Shown here: positions 39,153 to 51,320 of the stretch, one piece after another
How positions within the stretch are numbered: position 1 is the first letter of the stretch
Layout of the letters: the number at the start of each line of letters is the position of its first letter
NCBI GenBank assembly: GCA_046563655.1
Contig: CM102289.1
Coordinates: forward strand, 8,742,001 to 8,806,000
Reading direction: 5' to 3'
Source: Yuukianura sp. NJ FZ-2021
Taxonomy: Eukaryota
DNA length: 64,000 bases
The notes under the pieces: model-generated
Told to the model about the DNA's origin: nothing
What the model saw: the letters and a program-made list of their open reading frames with translations, nothing else
The model's database searches: none
Made by a program: the position numbers and the translations under genes

Positions 39153-41509
39153 CGACTCCTTTTTTCTTTTGAAGTTGTTTTGTTGTGACTTGAAAATGTG
39201 AGAATAATTTAAGATTTTGTTTGCCTTTAGCGTCACTTGAGAAATGAGAAATGGGATCCCCACCAGACAGAAACTGAAGATGTCTTGTTCTAAAAATAAA
39301 AAAACGAATTTTTTTTTTAAAAACTTGAGCATCAGAAGAAGCAATCTTCCCAACTTATTAACGAAACGCTCATTTGTGAAACAAAGAACAAAGAATTCGC
39401 AAATTTGCAAATTTTATACCCCGATCCGCCTTTCACCTTGAAAGATTTTGCGGTTATTCAATTTCCAGCTTCTTGCTTCTGTCAACCGCAAAAACTTTAA
39501 TTTTCAGACGCTTAGAATCTTAAAGCATTTTTTCAGTTTCAAAATTTGCGAATTTTTTTTTGAACTTTTTAATGAAAAAATTATTTCTCAATTTCTTTTT
39601 TTTTCCTAAAAGGCGCACATCCCTTCTTCTGGCGGTTGTTGCGGTTTGAGAATCATCGATTTTTGTGCAACCACATTGATTTTTTTCATAATTTGAAAAC
39701 GTTTACTGTATTCCTTGTATTCCACCGAACTGAATTCTCTATCTGCATCACTTTTTCGAAATGTTCAACCTAACAACGCAAAAAGTTAACCACTTTTTTG
39801 AAAACCGAACTTTTGAAACGGAATTCTGTGAAAAACCACTTTTGGAGAAATATTAAGCCCATTTCCCTCCTCACCCCAAAAAGTTACACTAATTTCCAAG
39901 TCGACATTTTCTTAAAAGTGGTCAACCGCATCTCGAAATGTGGTTGAGGAATAATAGGGACTTTGGATGGAATTTTGTTCTTACCACATACTACTAACTC
40001 CCCATGCTCAAAACCGCTTACTACTACAGCTAAAAACCACGGAGTCATTGGTTTAGAGTCGTAGAGTATAGCCGAATCCTCGGAAATGTCAGACTCTGGG
40101 AAATGTTTGACATGAAAATGTTGGATATAATGACCTATTGCCCACCTTCCGCTGTGGTGGGTACATGTCCCGCCTGTTGTTCTTCTAACAAGAACCGCAT
40201 GACCGGAAACCACTAATATTATACTCCACTTCTATAAGGCGCAGTTACTTTTCCAACTCAAATCCAGCCTCAACAAAAATGGAGCTCTTCACGCCCAACA
40301 ATCAATCTTAGTCTAAAAAACTTTTTTTTAAACTTGGTTCGTGAAAAAAGTGTGAAATTGTGAATTTAGATGCAGATGGAATCTTACACAGAAACATGAT
40401 TTCTCACACTTTAGCAGAACGAAAAAATTTGTTCCCATTTTCTGAAATGAAAAAGAAGTTGAAAAGTTAATAAAGACATGATGATGGAACCACTAAAAAT
40501 CCACTTTAAACGAGAGTACTATAAAAAAAAGTTCAAAACTTCAAATTGGTCTGCGTGCCAAGTTTGAAAAAAGAGGATTCAAGACGCCTCTTATTGTCAA
40601 GAGTCATAAAATTACGGCGAGAAAAGACAATTTGACCTGCGCAGTATAAAAATCAAAACAAGAATTGCCTTCACTTTTGAGTTTTGACTTCTTTGGCTAC
40701 TGGTTTTTCCTAAAATGGTCAACGCATCATGACAACTTGAATCAAAATTAAAATCAGACATCTTGTCTACTTTTTCAATCAACTATGAAATGACATGTGC
40801 AAATTTTCAAATTGTGCAGTTTTGAACTCTTCAAAATCAAAAAATTTATGCAACATATTGAAACAAAAATTTGAATTTGAGAAAATACAAAACAATTTTT
40901 TTTTGTCTAGAAGGTTGAGCGGATCATGTTTCTGCACAAATGTGTTTGATCAGCGTGTTATTTTAGCGCTAACTTTATTTTTGTTGCCATTTTAGCACAA
41001 TTCTGTTCACAAATTACGTCACCCTTCTAAAATACCATTTGTGCCACTAAAACGTTCCTTTGCTGTTTATTTGCACTTGTAATCCCTGAAGCAGAAGCAA
41101 TTTGCTGAGAAGACATAATTTTAACGCGACAAGTTTTGGCGTTGGAAGTGGCTTGTTTCCCATGCTGAAGCCTATAAAGCTTAGGCAGTGAAGCGATTAA
41201 CAAAAGGAAGGAGTTAATGACCAAACCCCCTCAACAACTCCTTACAAGTCAAAGTTCCTCATCTCTTGTCTTCCCCATCATCATCATCATCTTCATCATC
41301 ATCATCTTCATACTCCACTTCAAAAGATACATGGCCAGATATAACAAATGAAAATTAGCAATTGAACTCCACCACCCCCGACTTCCTCCACTTCCAAGGA
41401 TTAGCCCATCCCACATCGAGTCCAATTACTTAATTCACCATTTCCTCTCATCAAAAATTCAATTAATATAATAATAATATCCTGTTCTCACACAAACTCT
41501 CTAATAAAG

Positions 41510-41581
41510 TCTCTATTGTTCTCAATCCTAAATGTCTTCTGCGCATGTCTGTTGTTCTCAAGTCAAAATGTCTTCTGCGCC
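41510..41581. repeat. 36-bp imperfect tandem duplication
   Basis: TCT(A/G)TTGTTCTCAA....AAATGTCTTCTGCGC occurs twice. Confidence 0.75.
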
Positions 41582-44500
41582 ACTCTTTCAGTAATTGTGC
41601 TATGCATTTAGCCTTTAACTTTTTAAATCTTTGCCATCTTAAACAATTTCTGCGTCGTTTCACCTCGCGGTGTAAGATAAGAGAAAACCTCAGCATTCCT
41701 AGCCTAACCATCATCACCTTCCTTCAGAACCGCGCTCAAGCCGCAATCGACATGCGGTAAAACACCAACCCAATGCTGATTGCTCTCAAAATTACTACGT
41801 GTATTTGTTTTGAAACGGTCAAAATAAACATTCGAAAACTAATTTTAACAAGTCAAAACTCAAAAAAGGAGGAGACAAAAAAAAACAGAAACCGAAATTT
41901 TTCTGCCGCTGGAAACATTTTTAGTCGAACTTTATAAAAAAAAAACTGTAAAGCCGTACTCACACCCACGCGTGTGAATACAAAATGTCAAACACAAAAA
42001 TCAACAAACAAAAAACAGAATTGGAACAACAAAAAATTCGTGAAAGCAAAAATTTTCAAAAAGAATTGGCAACTTGTCATTGTTTGAGAGAGGAAGAAAA
42101 GTTTGAAAAGAGAATTATCTGATTAAATGTCAAAACTAAATGAGGTACACAGTAGGTTTTTGTTAATGTTTTAAAAGAACAACGGGTTTTTCACGGTTTA
42201 TGGGAAAAGGAGCAGATTTTTATTTGAGTTGTTTGTAGCAAATGCTGCCAAGCCTCCTACTTTTTTGTAAATTGCCGCCGACCGCCCTACAGTACAAGTA
42301 AGACTGCTCTGTCATTTATTTTCGTCTATTTGGAAGAAAGTTGAGAAAGTTTATTTGAGCAGAAAGAAAAATGGGCAGGGAGTGTCATGTTAAGCTTTTG
42401 GATGGAAGAACTTGGAAAAAGAGAGAGAAAAAAACTAAAAGTTGTAGTTGGAAATGGTTTAGATTATAAATAGAGTGTGTGTTAAGTACCTTTGAGGATA
42501 GTATAGAAGTGTAGACTATGAACTTCCAAATGTTGTTGGGTCCAAAAACTTCTGGAAGGCTGAGAACACGTCTTTCTCCGGAGAGAGTTAGCACCGAACT
42601 GAAGTTCATCTGCTGGAAAAAGGAAAGTGAGCGCGCGGGAGAGTTTGAAAGAGTCAAGTCTCAGTCGTAACTTAAGCCATGTGCACACTCACTCTCAAAA
42701 CATAACTATTTTTTGCTCATTCTTTCCCGTGTTCTTGCTATTGTCTCATCTTTTGTCATCTTCACCCAGCCTAACCCTAAACTAATAACTTATGTTGGAA
42801 GAACTTCATCAACTGAACACCTCAACCTTAAGCTCTGTTCACACTAACAATTTTAGTACAAAAACAAGAAAGTGTGAACCAAGCTGTACTTTCTACATAA
42901 CTTAAGAAAACTTTTGATTAAGTGAAAGTTGACAAGTCGGGAGAAAGCTTCCGCAAATTCCTTTCAAATTTTTGAAGGTTCAACTTCTCCGCAGATTACG
43001 GCTCCACTAATCTCGCGGTTGGGTTGCTCTAACAGTCAAATATTTCTGAACCTAATTTAACAAAGGCTGAGAAATTTGAAATTTGTCACTTTTTCAAAAT
43101 TTTGAAGCGACGCAGCCGATCTAACAAGAACTTTTTCTTGAAAAAAAGTTAAAGGAGAGGGGATAAAATAAAAGTTCCGGAAAAAGGCGAGGTTGTAGAC
43201 CGTGATGACTGGGGAATGCGGGTGGGTGGGGAGCGGGGAGGGGCGGTGGGTATAAAAATGCATAGATTACCATTTCATTTTCATCTGCCTCAATTGACTT
43301 GGAAGGAGAAGTACTAGCTGAAGCTGGAACCTTTTACTTTGGTTAGACCTAGCTAGGTCTAACATCCTAGCTAGGTCTAACATTCTAGTTAGACTGAGGC
43401 TTATGACCAAAAGAAAAGCTAGGTTGGCTGGTTCTGATGGAAAAAACTAAAAAAAAAGTTGTGTGTTAGGAAAAAAAAGAAGTCGGGGGGTTCTTTTATT
43501 TATACCCTGTCCTAATGCTCCTGTTTTTGGATTGCTAAGCTTTTTGGATTGTTAAGCATCCATCCCCTCCAGTACTTATCGCGCCAGTGGGCCCGACAGA
43601 AAATGTTCGCCCTTTCAACAACACACAAAAGAAGATCCAGCCAAAATACTCTCCACTGATTTCCCCCAGACGAGCCTCTCTCATCTTCTACTTTTACGCT
43701 CCCAGCCCCGCCGTTTCCCCCGCTCCCCCACCAACTTCACTTTTCAGAGCCAACGTTGAGTTTTGGTGAGCCGGCGAATCGAATCCCACCGTCTCAAGGT
43801 TTCCACCAACCAAAACTAGCTTCAATGCACTCACTATACAAAGCTCTACCACTTTTGCGCCATTCAGAACTCACTGAAGGAGGGCTCGACAACTTGGAAA
43901 AAACTGCCTCCTGACAGCTCCTACTCACGTCAACGTGGACCCCCAAAACTAAAGTAACAAAGTGGAAACGAAGCTTTACTTTTTTTTCGAAATGAAACTC
44001 TCGAAAAAATTTGAAAATGCCACCACGTCTCTCTCAAAAGCCCTTTTAGGTTTTGTTAGAATTTCAAAAATGGCGGCAGATCTTATAATTTCCAGTGGAG
44101 AAGATGATGATTTTTTTTTTGGAGAAAAAGAGAAAGTGAAGAGGCGAGGTGTGAAGACGGCTTTACGAAAATTCACTTTCTCTGTATTTTTCGGCCTCAT
44201 TTTTTTGAAACTTTTTCGGAACGGAAATGAGAAAGCGGGAAGTGTCTTCCAATCAAGTGAAGACAAACGTTATTATATGAGAAAGAAAAAGGAGAGGCTT
44301 TTGGCGTAGTACAAAAAAAAACGAAGTGCATCAAAAGCCCACTTGAAAAGCCTATTACCCAATTCCATCCTCCATTACCACGACCAACCACTTCTTAATC
44401 TCTCACGACTTTTCATGAAATTTATGAAACGACTTTTTTGAAAAAAAAATGAAACTTTTTTTTTTGAAAAAAATGGACTAGAGGCATTTGGTAATGACAA

Positions 44501-45985
44501 AGGAGCAGAAGATGCTTTTGTTGAGTAGGCGCCGTGTCTAATGACCACCAACAACTAGCTCCATCTATTAAGCAGAAATGAAGTCATTGAAATTATAAAC
44601 CACTTTTCAGGAATACGAGACACGACAAAGGGGCACTTAAGTACTCCTACTTAAAATTTTTTTTTCTAAGGGATCACGTTTCAAATGTTGGCTGGACAGG
44701 GGGACCCTTAAGGGTGTGTACAATGATTGATTGGTTTACAACCCAAAAAAAGTTAAACTGAAGCTACCTTTTCAAACTTTTCAGTCAAATTTTCAAATTC
44801 AAAAAAATTTAAATTTTCAAAAGATTTACGAAGATATCAATTTACAAAGCGGCGAAAACAAAACCCACAGTAAACTTTTGAAAGGAAAATTTCGAAACTT
44901 TTTCAACGACATTTTTGAAAAACCAAAACGTACTAAATGGTCTGTGAAATTGTCGGAAATTCTCTTTTGAAATACAAACTGAAAGGACGAAAATTTTTAA
45001 AATTGGAACCCGCAGGTTGCTGTTCAACCCAAATTTTGAAAAAAAATATGAAAATCAAATTAATGCGAGTCCATTGCTGAGAGTGACAGCTCAATATGAG
45101 TCAAATCCAGAAAGTAAACAATGTTTCGGTTGTCTAATCCCACAAATGTATGCGTCTCTCTACTTTTTAGATGACAGGCAAATCTTCCTTTGCATGAACC
45201 ATCTCCTTGCCCTTGGAATTGGAATCCACTTCATTTCAAATCCGCCTTTCCCCTCTTTTTTCCCGCCAAAGAAAGCATTTCCTCTTGTCCTCCTAATTCC
45301 CCCGAAATTTCCCAACGGACTTTTCTTTTTTCCCGGAAAAAGTTGAGGTTGGGGGGAAGGAGAGGGTGTGACGAAATCCATTTTATGCTTAGAACTTTTC
45401 TGCATAGTGAATGTTAAGGTGAAGGTAAGAACCTATTTTCCTTCCAAACTAGAAAAAGAGCGGGAGAAAGTAAAATATGCGTAGCGGATTCAGTCTGATG
45501 TAAATGTTGGTTGGTTGGAGGGAAGATGAGTATTTTTCTCACGTTGACGGAAGACTGTACAAGTCCCCAAATCCCTCTCTAGTCTCAAGGAAAAAAAACG
45601 CGGGAAAAAAGGAATTGAGAAAAATTGGAGAAAGTTTCCTCGGAATGCGACACAAGACGTAAAGGAAAGAAAAAGCAGAATAAAAGAGAAATCCTCCAGT
45701 GCACAAGGAAGCTTTTCTTTCCTTCCAGAACCGTCACGCTTGTAAGCCCTATAAGCTTCCTTTGAACAACCCCCCCTCCAACGTTATAGTGGTACCCCCC
45801 CCCCTTCCTCCTATGTTATAGTAGTATACATACCCTATTTCATATCACCCACATTCCATTTACCCCGCCCCCAGCACTGGAGCAGAGGTCTCTAAAGGGG
45901 AATTAATGGTGCTCGTCCCAGAGTTGGGCATCTAGTGTCTCCAGAGACAATCTCTATCCTACCTATACTACATATAAATATATTA

Positions 45986-46130
45986 CTACTATACCATATA
46001 CTATAGTCCATATTGATATATCTACTATACCATATACTATAGTCGATATTGATATATCTACGATATGTATACTATACTATACTATACTATACTATGCTAT
46101 GCTATACTATACTATGCTATGTTACGCTAT
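45986..46130. repeat. 36-bp tandem duplication followed by (CTATA/CTATG)n microsatellite
   Basis: CTACTATACCATATACTATAGTC(C/G)ATATTGATATAT at 45986 and 46022, then a pentamer run. Confidence 0.85.
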
Positions 46131-46850
46131 ATCACGTGACTACTACGCTTAGGAATTGAAACAGAAAAAAGAATTGGGTAGTTCCAAGCCTTTTAAGCCT
46201 CCTTTCTCCCAATCCACTCAATATTGAATTCCAAAAGGCCTTGAATAATCCAAAACACTCCGTTTCTTTCTTTTCTCTTTTTTTTCTACCCGGGATCTTT
46301 TCTAACTCTGCTCTCTTTTATTCCCTCTTCTCCTTTTTCGGTGAAAACCTTAGTATGTAGTACTGGGAAGCTCATTCATACGTAAAACTTTTCTAATTCT
46401 CTTGAATAATTCATGTCCCTCCCAACAGAAATGGAATTTTGAAGCTCTTTTCTTCGTGACTCTGAGAATATAAAGCCGTATGCACCTAACCTTAATAAGG
46501 CCACGCGGAGAAAGTCTTCTCTTTTTGGTTAGGGTAAGTTTATGAAAGAGCAAATTCCACAGTTCCACAATTCTATTTAAGCTGTTCCACTACAATAGAC
46601 TTTTAGTAATTTCTTCTATAGTCTCTTTCTTGTACTATAAAAATGACTCAAACGCCGACGGAATTTTAAATTTACGCGGGAAAAGGAATTTCTCTCCTGC
46701 TCTTCACAGTTTTCTAGAGAAGAAGAGTTGTGAAGAGTTGGACAGATTTGATAGACGCGCAATTACTTTAAACAGGTTCTTAAATACTTCATTGTACAAG
46801 GATTCCCTGTCCACCGCCATGCTCCCTTAAGTACCCCCAAGGACTTGTTA

Positions 46851-47029
46851 CCGTAAAACTTCTCATAGGAGCCCAGGCTTGTATAACAACTTTCGCGCTT
46901 TCAGGCGCGGTTTGTACTAGAGACCTCTATCGGAATATCCTTGTGTTGAAAAAATTTACGCGCCACTCTTGGCTTCTATTTGAGACCAAGGCTTGTACTG
47001 GATACAGGCTCCTATAAGAAGTTTTACTG
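46851..47029. mobile_element. TA-flanked MITE (Tc1/mariner-pogo-like), 179 bp
   Basis: 24-bp TIRs CCGTAAAACTTCTCATAGGAGCC and (reverse complement) CAGTAAAACTTCTTATAGGAGCC, with TA on each side. Confidence 0.85.
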
Positions 47030-49761
47030 TAACTTTACTTTCTTCCTAAGAAAGTGAAAATGAAGAATTCATGTTAGAAGTTAGGCTAACCAAGACGGAG
47101 AAGTCAAGTCAAGATGACAGGAACGCAAGAAGGAGTTTGGTTGTGGTTTTCTTTAAGCATTCCCCACCATTTCTTCCCGCTTAGATTTATATGGCGTGTC
47201 AGAGCTCAACCGCACAAAGTTCTTAGTGACTCAGTTCCCGCCAAAAGTCTCAACTTGCCCCAAAGAACACTTTCAGCATTTGCCATTCCACCCACATTCG
47301 TCACAATTTGTAATTTTGGACTTTCTCACCATAGGTCCACATACTACTGTGACTTTCTCAAAAGTGAGATTTGGAGTAAGCACAACCCGAACTTCATGCA
47401 TTTAAACTTTTGAAAATCCGCGGGAAAGCCTCAAGGGAAGGAAATGAAATGGAGAGAAAGCCACCTCGAAATTAATAGTTTAAAAGCGGCCTTTTGTCTA
47501 ATTAAAAGATAGGCTTTCCTTTTATAGTCTCGTCTAAAAACTAAGGTTAACCTAGTCTTTTGGCTCTCTCTGCTATTTCGACTGTGGTGAATCTGACTAA
47601 ACCACAGAACAAGAGGAATCTCTCAGACCGTTACAACTCCTGTGGCATACGTTCCATTTGGAACTATATTTGGAACTTTTAGTTACACAACTATAGTTGG
47701 TTTCGCTTTGTTTCATTAGATTTCAAAGTTGGTGCGGTTTTGGGATTCAAAGTGGCCATTATTTCCTCAAACACATGTACTTCCAAGTACTACTGGATAT
47801 TTGTATGTGGAAAGGCACAGTAGTGCTAATGGCCGAAGGCTGTTTCAAATTGAACAGAAAATCAACATCCGTGTTTCCCAAAATGAAAAGACTTTTTTTT
47901 AGCACGCGTGCATCAATCAATAGCATCAAAAACAAGTTTAAATTACAAATCAAAAGCACAGGCTCAAAAGTGCTTTCGGCCAATCCCTCTCTGCGGTTTT
48001 CATTTTGAAACGAAAATTGAGTTTACTGCGTCAAAACGCGTTTTGTTTTTGCGTTTTACAACAAAAATAGATAAAATTCCCAACGCTTCACCTTTCACGT
48101 TTTCAGTTAAATAAAAGTAAAATTTTTCATTTAATTTGAAAATTGACGTCCAACTTATTCGATTTTTTTGGGAAAGCAATTTTTTCCCGAATTGGAAATT
48201 TGTAGATCAATTATTGCATTTATTTTGAAAAGTTTTCAAAAAGTGGCGGGAAAATTTGTAATAATCTAAATCAAATTATTCTAAAAATGGATTCCATGGT
48301 CTCTTGAACTTTTCATTTGGTTGAGTGACTTTTCCAGTTGGTAACACTTGAAAGAATGGCAGTATCTACCCTTGGCATTAAAAAAATTGGTGAATTGAGT
48401 TAGAAACGAAGTGTAGTGTGACAGTCGTAGTCGTTTGGTTTAAGTTGTTCAAGTGTTTTCAAGTGAAAGCTCAAGTAATCGAATCAGTCCATTCCCATTT
48501 ACAGTCCCATTTGACTCTACTGCGCATTAACACTAAGACTGTACACTGTGAGCCATACACAAGCTTTCTACAAGAAGTGAAAGCACTTTTCCTTCCAAAT
48601 TTCAAAAGTTTAACACTCAAATCAAAATTTTGTTAATAACAAGAGCCATCAAACCCAAATTTTCTGAAATCCTCAAATTTCTAACACAAAAAACAAAATC
48701 TCTTGCAAAAAAGTGAAAGTTGCTTTCACTTTTAAGTAACAAAGGGCTACCTTCTCACTCAAAATTTCACGCACAAAGAAAAAAAGGAGTGAAAAATGAA
48801 AACCAAAAGTAAAAAATAAACATTAAAAAAAATTTTTTTTTCGATTTTTTTTGAAAAAGTTGATTATGAAAAGAGTTGGGGTGAAGCAGATGCATGTGGC
48901 AGAACGTATTCATAAGGTCAGCTGTCACCCTCCAGCAGTGCAGCACGTCGCCCCAAACTAAGAATAAAAATAATGACGACCTAGTAGGGTTCTTCCCCCT
49001 CTCCAGAAAGTGTAATCTCCTAATAGAATAAAAACGGATTCGGTTCTTCAGGGGGGAGGAGGGGGAGGTTGCCGGGTAATTTGTTACCCATGAGATGATG
49101 CCAGAAGAACGATTACACTACACTCCCCTATCCTCCATTTCAAAATAAAAACGGAGGGAGGGGAGTCATTAGAACTTCAAACTCTCAACGGTATTATTAT
49201 ACCATCCGTTTTCCCCCGCTTTTTGAAAAAAGTTTAATTCAGATCAGCTTAACGCGAAGAGGGAGAGGGAGAGAAAGCAAAGGGCGGAATAAAATCTAGA
49301 CATTTTGAAAAATGAAAAATTAGAAACAGGAAAACGGAAAAGTGCCGAAGGTTGAAATCAGAGCTGCTGCACCTTCAACGTTAAATGGACACGGTTCAGC
49401 CAAGCATAAAAAAAATCCAAAAGTAAAAAAAAGTTTCTGAATTTTTCAAATTTGAGTATTTGAGCAAACCTTTATTAATTTCCAAATATAGTTGTCCACT
49501 TACACAAATAATGTATACAAAAAAGCCGTTAACCGAAAACCATAATTATTTTTTAAAAAACCTCCACCACTCCCTTTGTGTTAAACAAAATAAAAAATAT
49601 TGCCCTGCAGTGACTTTATAGTTAGAAAATGAAAAGAAAATCACAGGGTTTTGTTCAATAAATTACTCAGAAAATTTAAAATAAATTAGATTTTTTCAGA
49701 AAAGTTTTTCAAAAAGTTAATTTGGCACCGCTCGAAGAAAGTTTGTGTAGTTTTGGGTGTG

Positions 49762-50067
49762 TTAAAATTGGACAAGAGCTTTGTACCACTGAAGTGGAAT
49801 TGGAAATCCAGTGTCAAAGCCTATGCGGTTGTTGAGTCCATCACTAGATTCATCCAGTGATCCAAGTTTTTCTTGTGGACATTCCTTCACACCTCTCACA
49901 CAACGTGACTCAATAAATGAAAATCCACTGGGACATTTGAGCAAAACCGATGCTAATTTTCCGCCGTATGATTGAATACATTTGTAGAATCGGAAACAGT
50001 CGCCGGCAATTGCAAAGTGACCTTCAGCTGGACACTCACCGTTGGACGGCATCAGCCGTGTTGTGCC
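49762..50067 (-). CDS. multi-CBM14 protein terminal exon 10, domain 6 (CPAEGHFAIAGDCFRFYKC...CPSGFSFIESRCVRGVKEC) and stop
   Basis: Acceptor TTTCAATTTCAG, 102 codons to TAA. The summed CDS of all 10 exons is 4995 nt, i.e. 1664 aa plus stop. Confidence 0.85.
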   Translation of the reverse strand, partial: GTTRLMPSNGECPAEGHFAIAGDCFRFYKCIQSYGGKLASVLLKCPSGFSFIESRCVRGVKECPQEKLGSLDESSDGLNNRIGFDTGFPIPLQWYKALVQF

Positions 50068-50138
50068 CTGAAATTGAAATGTAGACATCAAAGTAAATTA
50101 AAAAGTTAAAAACAAAAGGAATTTCAAAAATTTGTAAC

Positions 50139-50332
50139 CTTAGTTTCATAATATTTTTTGGTTAGTACAGGAAAATGTGTAGGTGGCGGTATCGGGTCAG
50201 AAAATTCAGAAGCTTCGCCAATTGGACGTGAACTGTCGAAGTAGTCAACGGATGAATCACTTGCACGGCCAAGAATACGCTCACAGTGCTGAATCCTTAT
50301 TGTTTGGGTGTCGTTGCAAGGTGGAGCCATTG
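50139..50332 (-). CDS. multi-CBM14 protein exon 9 (S-MAPPCNDTQ...KKYYETK)
   Basis: Acceptor TTTTTCAG, phase 1 to 0, donor AAG|GTTACA. Supplies the sixth Cys of domain 5. Confidence 0.75.
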
Positions 50333-50424
50333 CTGAAAAATTGAAGGCACCAAATTATCGTTTTTATGAAATTTTTCAAATGAAAAATTCATTTTTTTTG
50401 TTTAATTTTTAGTATCAAAAGTAC

Positions 50425-50557
50425 ATTTAAGAACGCATTTCTGTTCTGCTTCAACAAATCTCTGTCCTGCGTCACACTTCTTGATTTTAATTTGAAAAGC
50501 GTGACCGTCCCATTGACAAATGTAGTATTTGCTGCAGTCAAGTGGATGAGGACGAAG
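50425..50557 (-). CDS. multi-CBM14 protein exon 8 (LRPHPLDCSKYYICQWDGHAFQIKIKKCDAGQRFVEAEQKCVLK), domain 5
   Basis: Acceptor TTTTTTTTAG. Classic PHP.DC.KYY.C ... C..G..F....KC peritrophin-A pattern. Donor T|GTACTT inferred from phase. Confidence 0.85.
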
Positions 50558-50630
50558 CTAAAAAAAATTAACAAATACATTGAAACAAATGATTGCTAAA
50601 GTTATTAAACCTTAATTAGATTGTACGTAC

Positions 50631-50674
50631 TTTCCCTCCCGATCCTCCGCGACAAGTGAGCTCAAACTCTGGGG
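50631..50674 (-). CDS. multi-CBM14 protein exon 7 (P-PEFELTCRGGSGGK)
   Basis: Acceptor CATTTTAG, donor GTACGT, phase 1 to 0. Supplies the first Cys of domain 5. Confidence 0.82.
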
Positions 50675-50757
50675 CTAAAATGACAAATAATATCAATAAA
50701 ACGTGAAAAACGTAAAATAGGAAGTTTATTTTCAAAAACGTTTTTAAAATGACTTAC

Positions 50758-50890
50758 GTTCTGGTTCTGGAGCTTCTGTTGTAGTTGTCGTAGTGGTGGT
50801 GGTCGTAGGCTTGGGCGTTGTCGTCGTGGTCGTAGTAGTCGTTGTAGTAGTGGTTGTCGTAGTCGTTGGAACTGTCGTTGTCGTAGTGGG
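50758..50890 (-). CDS. multi-CBM14 protein exon 6, Thr-rich mucin tract (PTTTTTVPTTT...EAPEPE)
   Basis: Run of ACN codons, acceptor CATTTTAG, donor GTAAGT, phase 0 to 1. Confidence 0.88.
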
Positions 50891-50949
50891 CTAAAATGTA
50901 TATTTAGGTGAATCATTATGTCATTATAAAAGAATAACCTTTGACCTAC

Positions 50950-51126
50950 CATTGTTGTAGCCACGGTGACCGTACTCTGTTCGGTGACATACGTTGGACA
51001 CATTGTCGTAGGAGGTTGTGGTGGTGGAGGTGGATGTGTGGGAGGTGGACGTGAATTCATCATACATTTTTGATTTTGGTTTACAGCGTATGGGTAATTG
51101 CAAGTTTGTAAATTTTCATCCCAAAC
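50950..51126 (-). CDS. multi-CBM14 protein exon 5 (VWDENLQTCNYPYAVNQNQKC...ATTM), end of domain 4 and Pro/Thr linker
   Basis: Acceptor TTTTCAG, donor GTAGGT, 177 nt, phase 0/0. Confidence 0.9.
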
Positions 51127-51193
51127 CTGAAAATTTTGACGAAAATTAGCAAGTTTGACCAAATTTTTTGTTAGAGCGTTTAAAATTTAGTAC

Positions 51194-51260
51194 CGTTCCA
51201 GGACCACAGTCAAAGTGAAATACAGTAAAATGTTGGCCCGTTCCTTCAAAGTCGACACAT
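51194..51260 (-). CDS. multi-CBM14 protein exon 4 (R-CVDFEGTGQHFTVFHFDCGPGT), middle of domain 4
   Basis: Acceptor TACTGTAG, donor GTACTA. Continues the FYR-C..F.C.PGT domain pattern in phase. Confidence 0.9.
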
Positions 51261-51320
51261 CTACAGTATAATCAAAATTTCAACAAAAAAAGCTTTTAAA
51301 ATTTATGGTAGTTGAAATAC

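Noticed and set aside
41255..41717. (CAT)n tract readable as EVEYEDDDD..., plus an adjacent 84-aa ORF
   Set aside because: An in-frame stop lies just upstream, no splice model fits, and a microsatellite plus a short duplication explain it.
50389..50580. ORF MYLLIFFSFVLIHLTAAN... resembling a separate secreted gene
   Set aside because: The apparent signal peptide is a translated polypyrimidine tract. Another frame encodes a clear chitin-binding domain in phase with the flanking exons.
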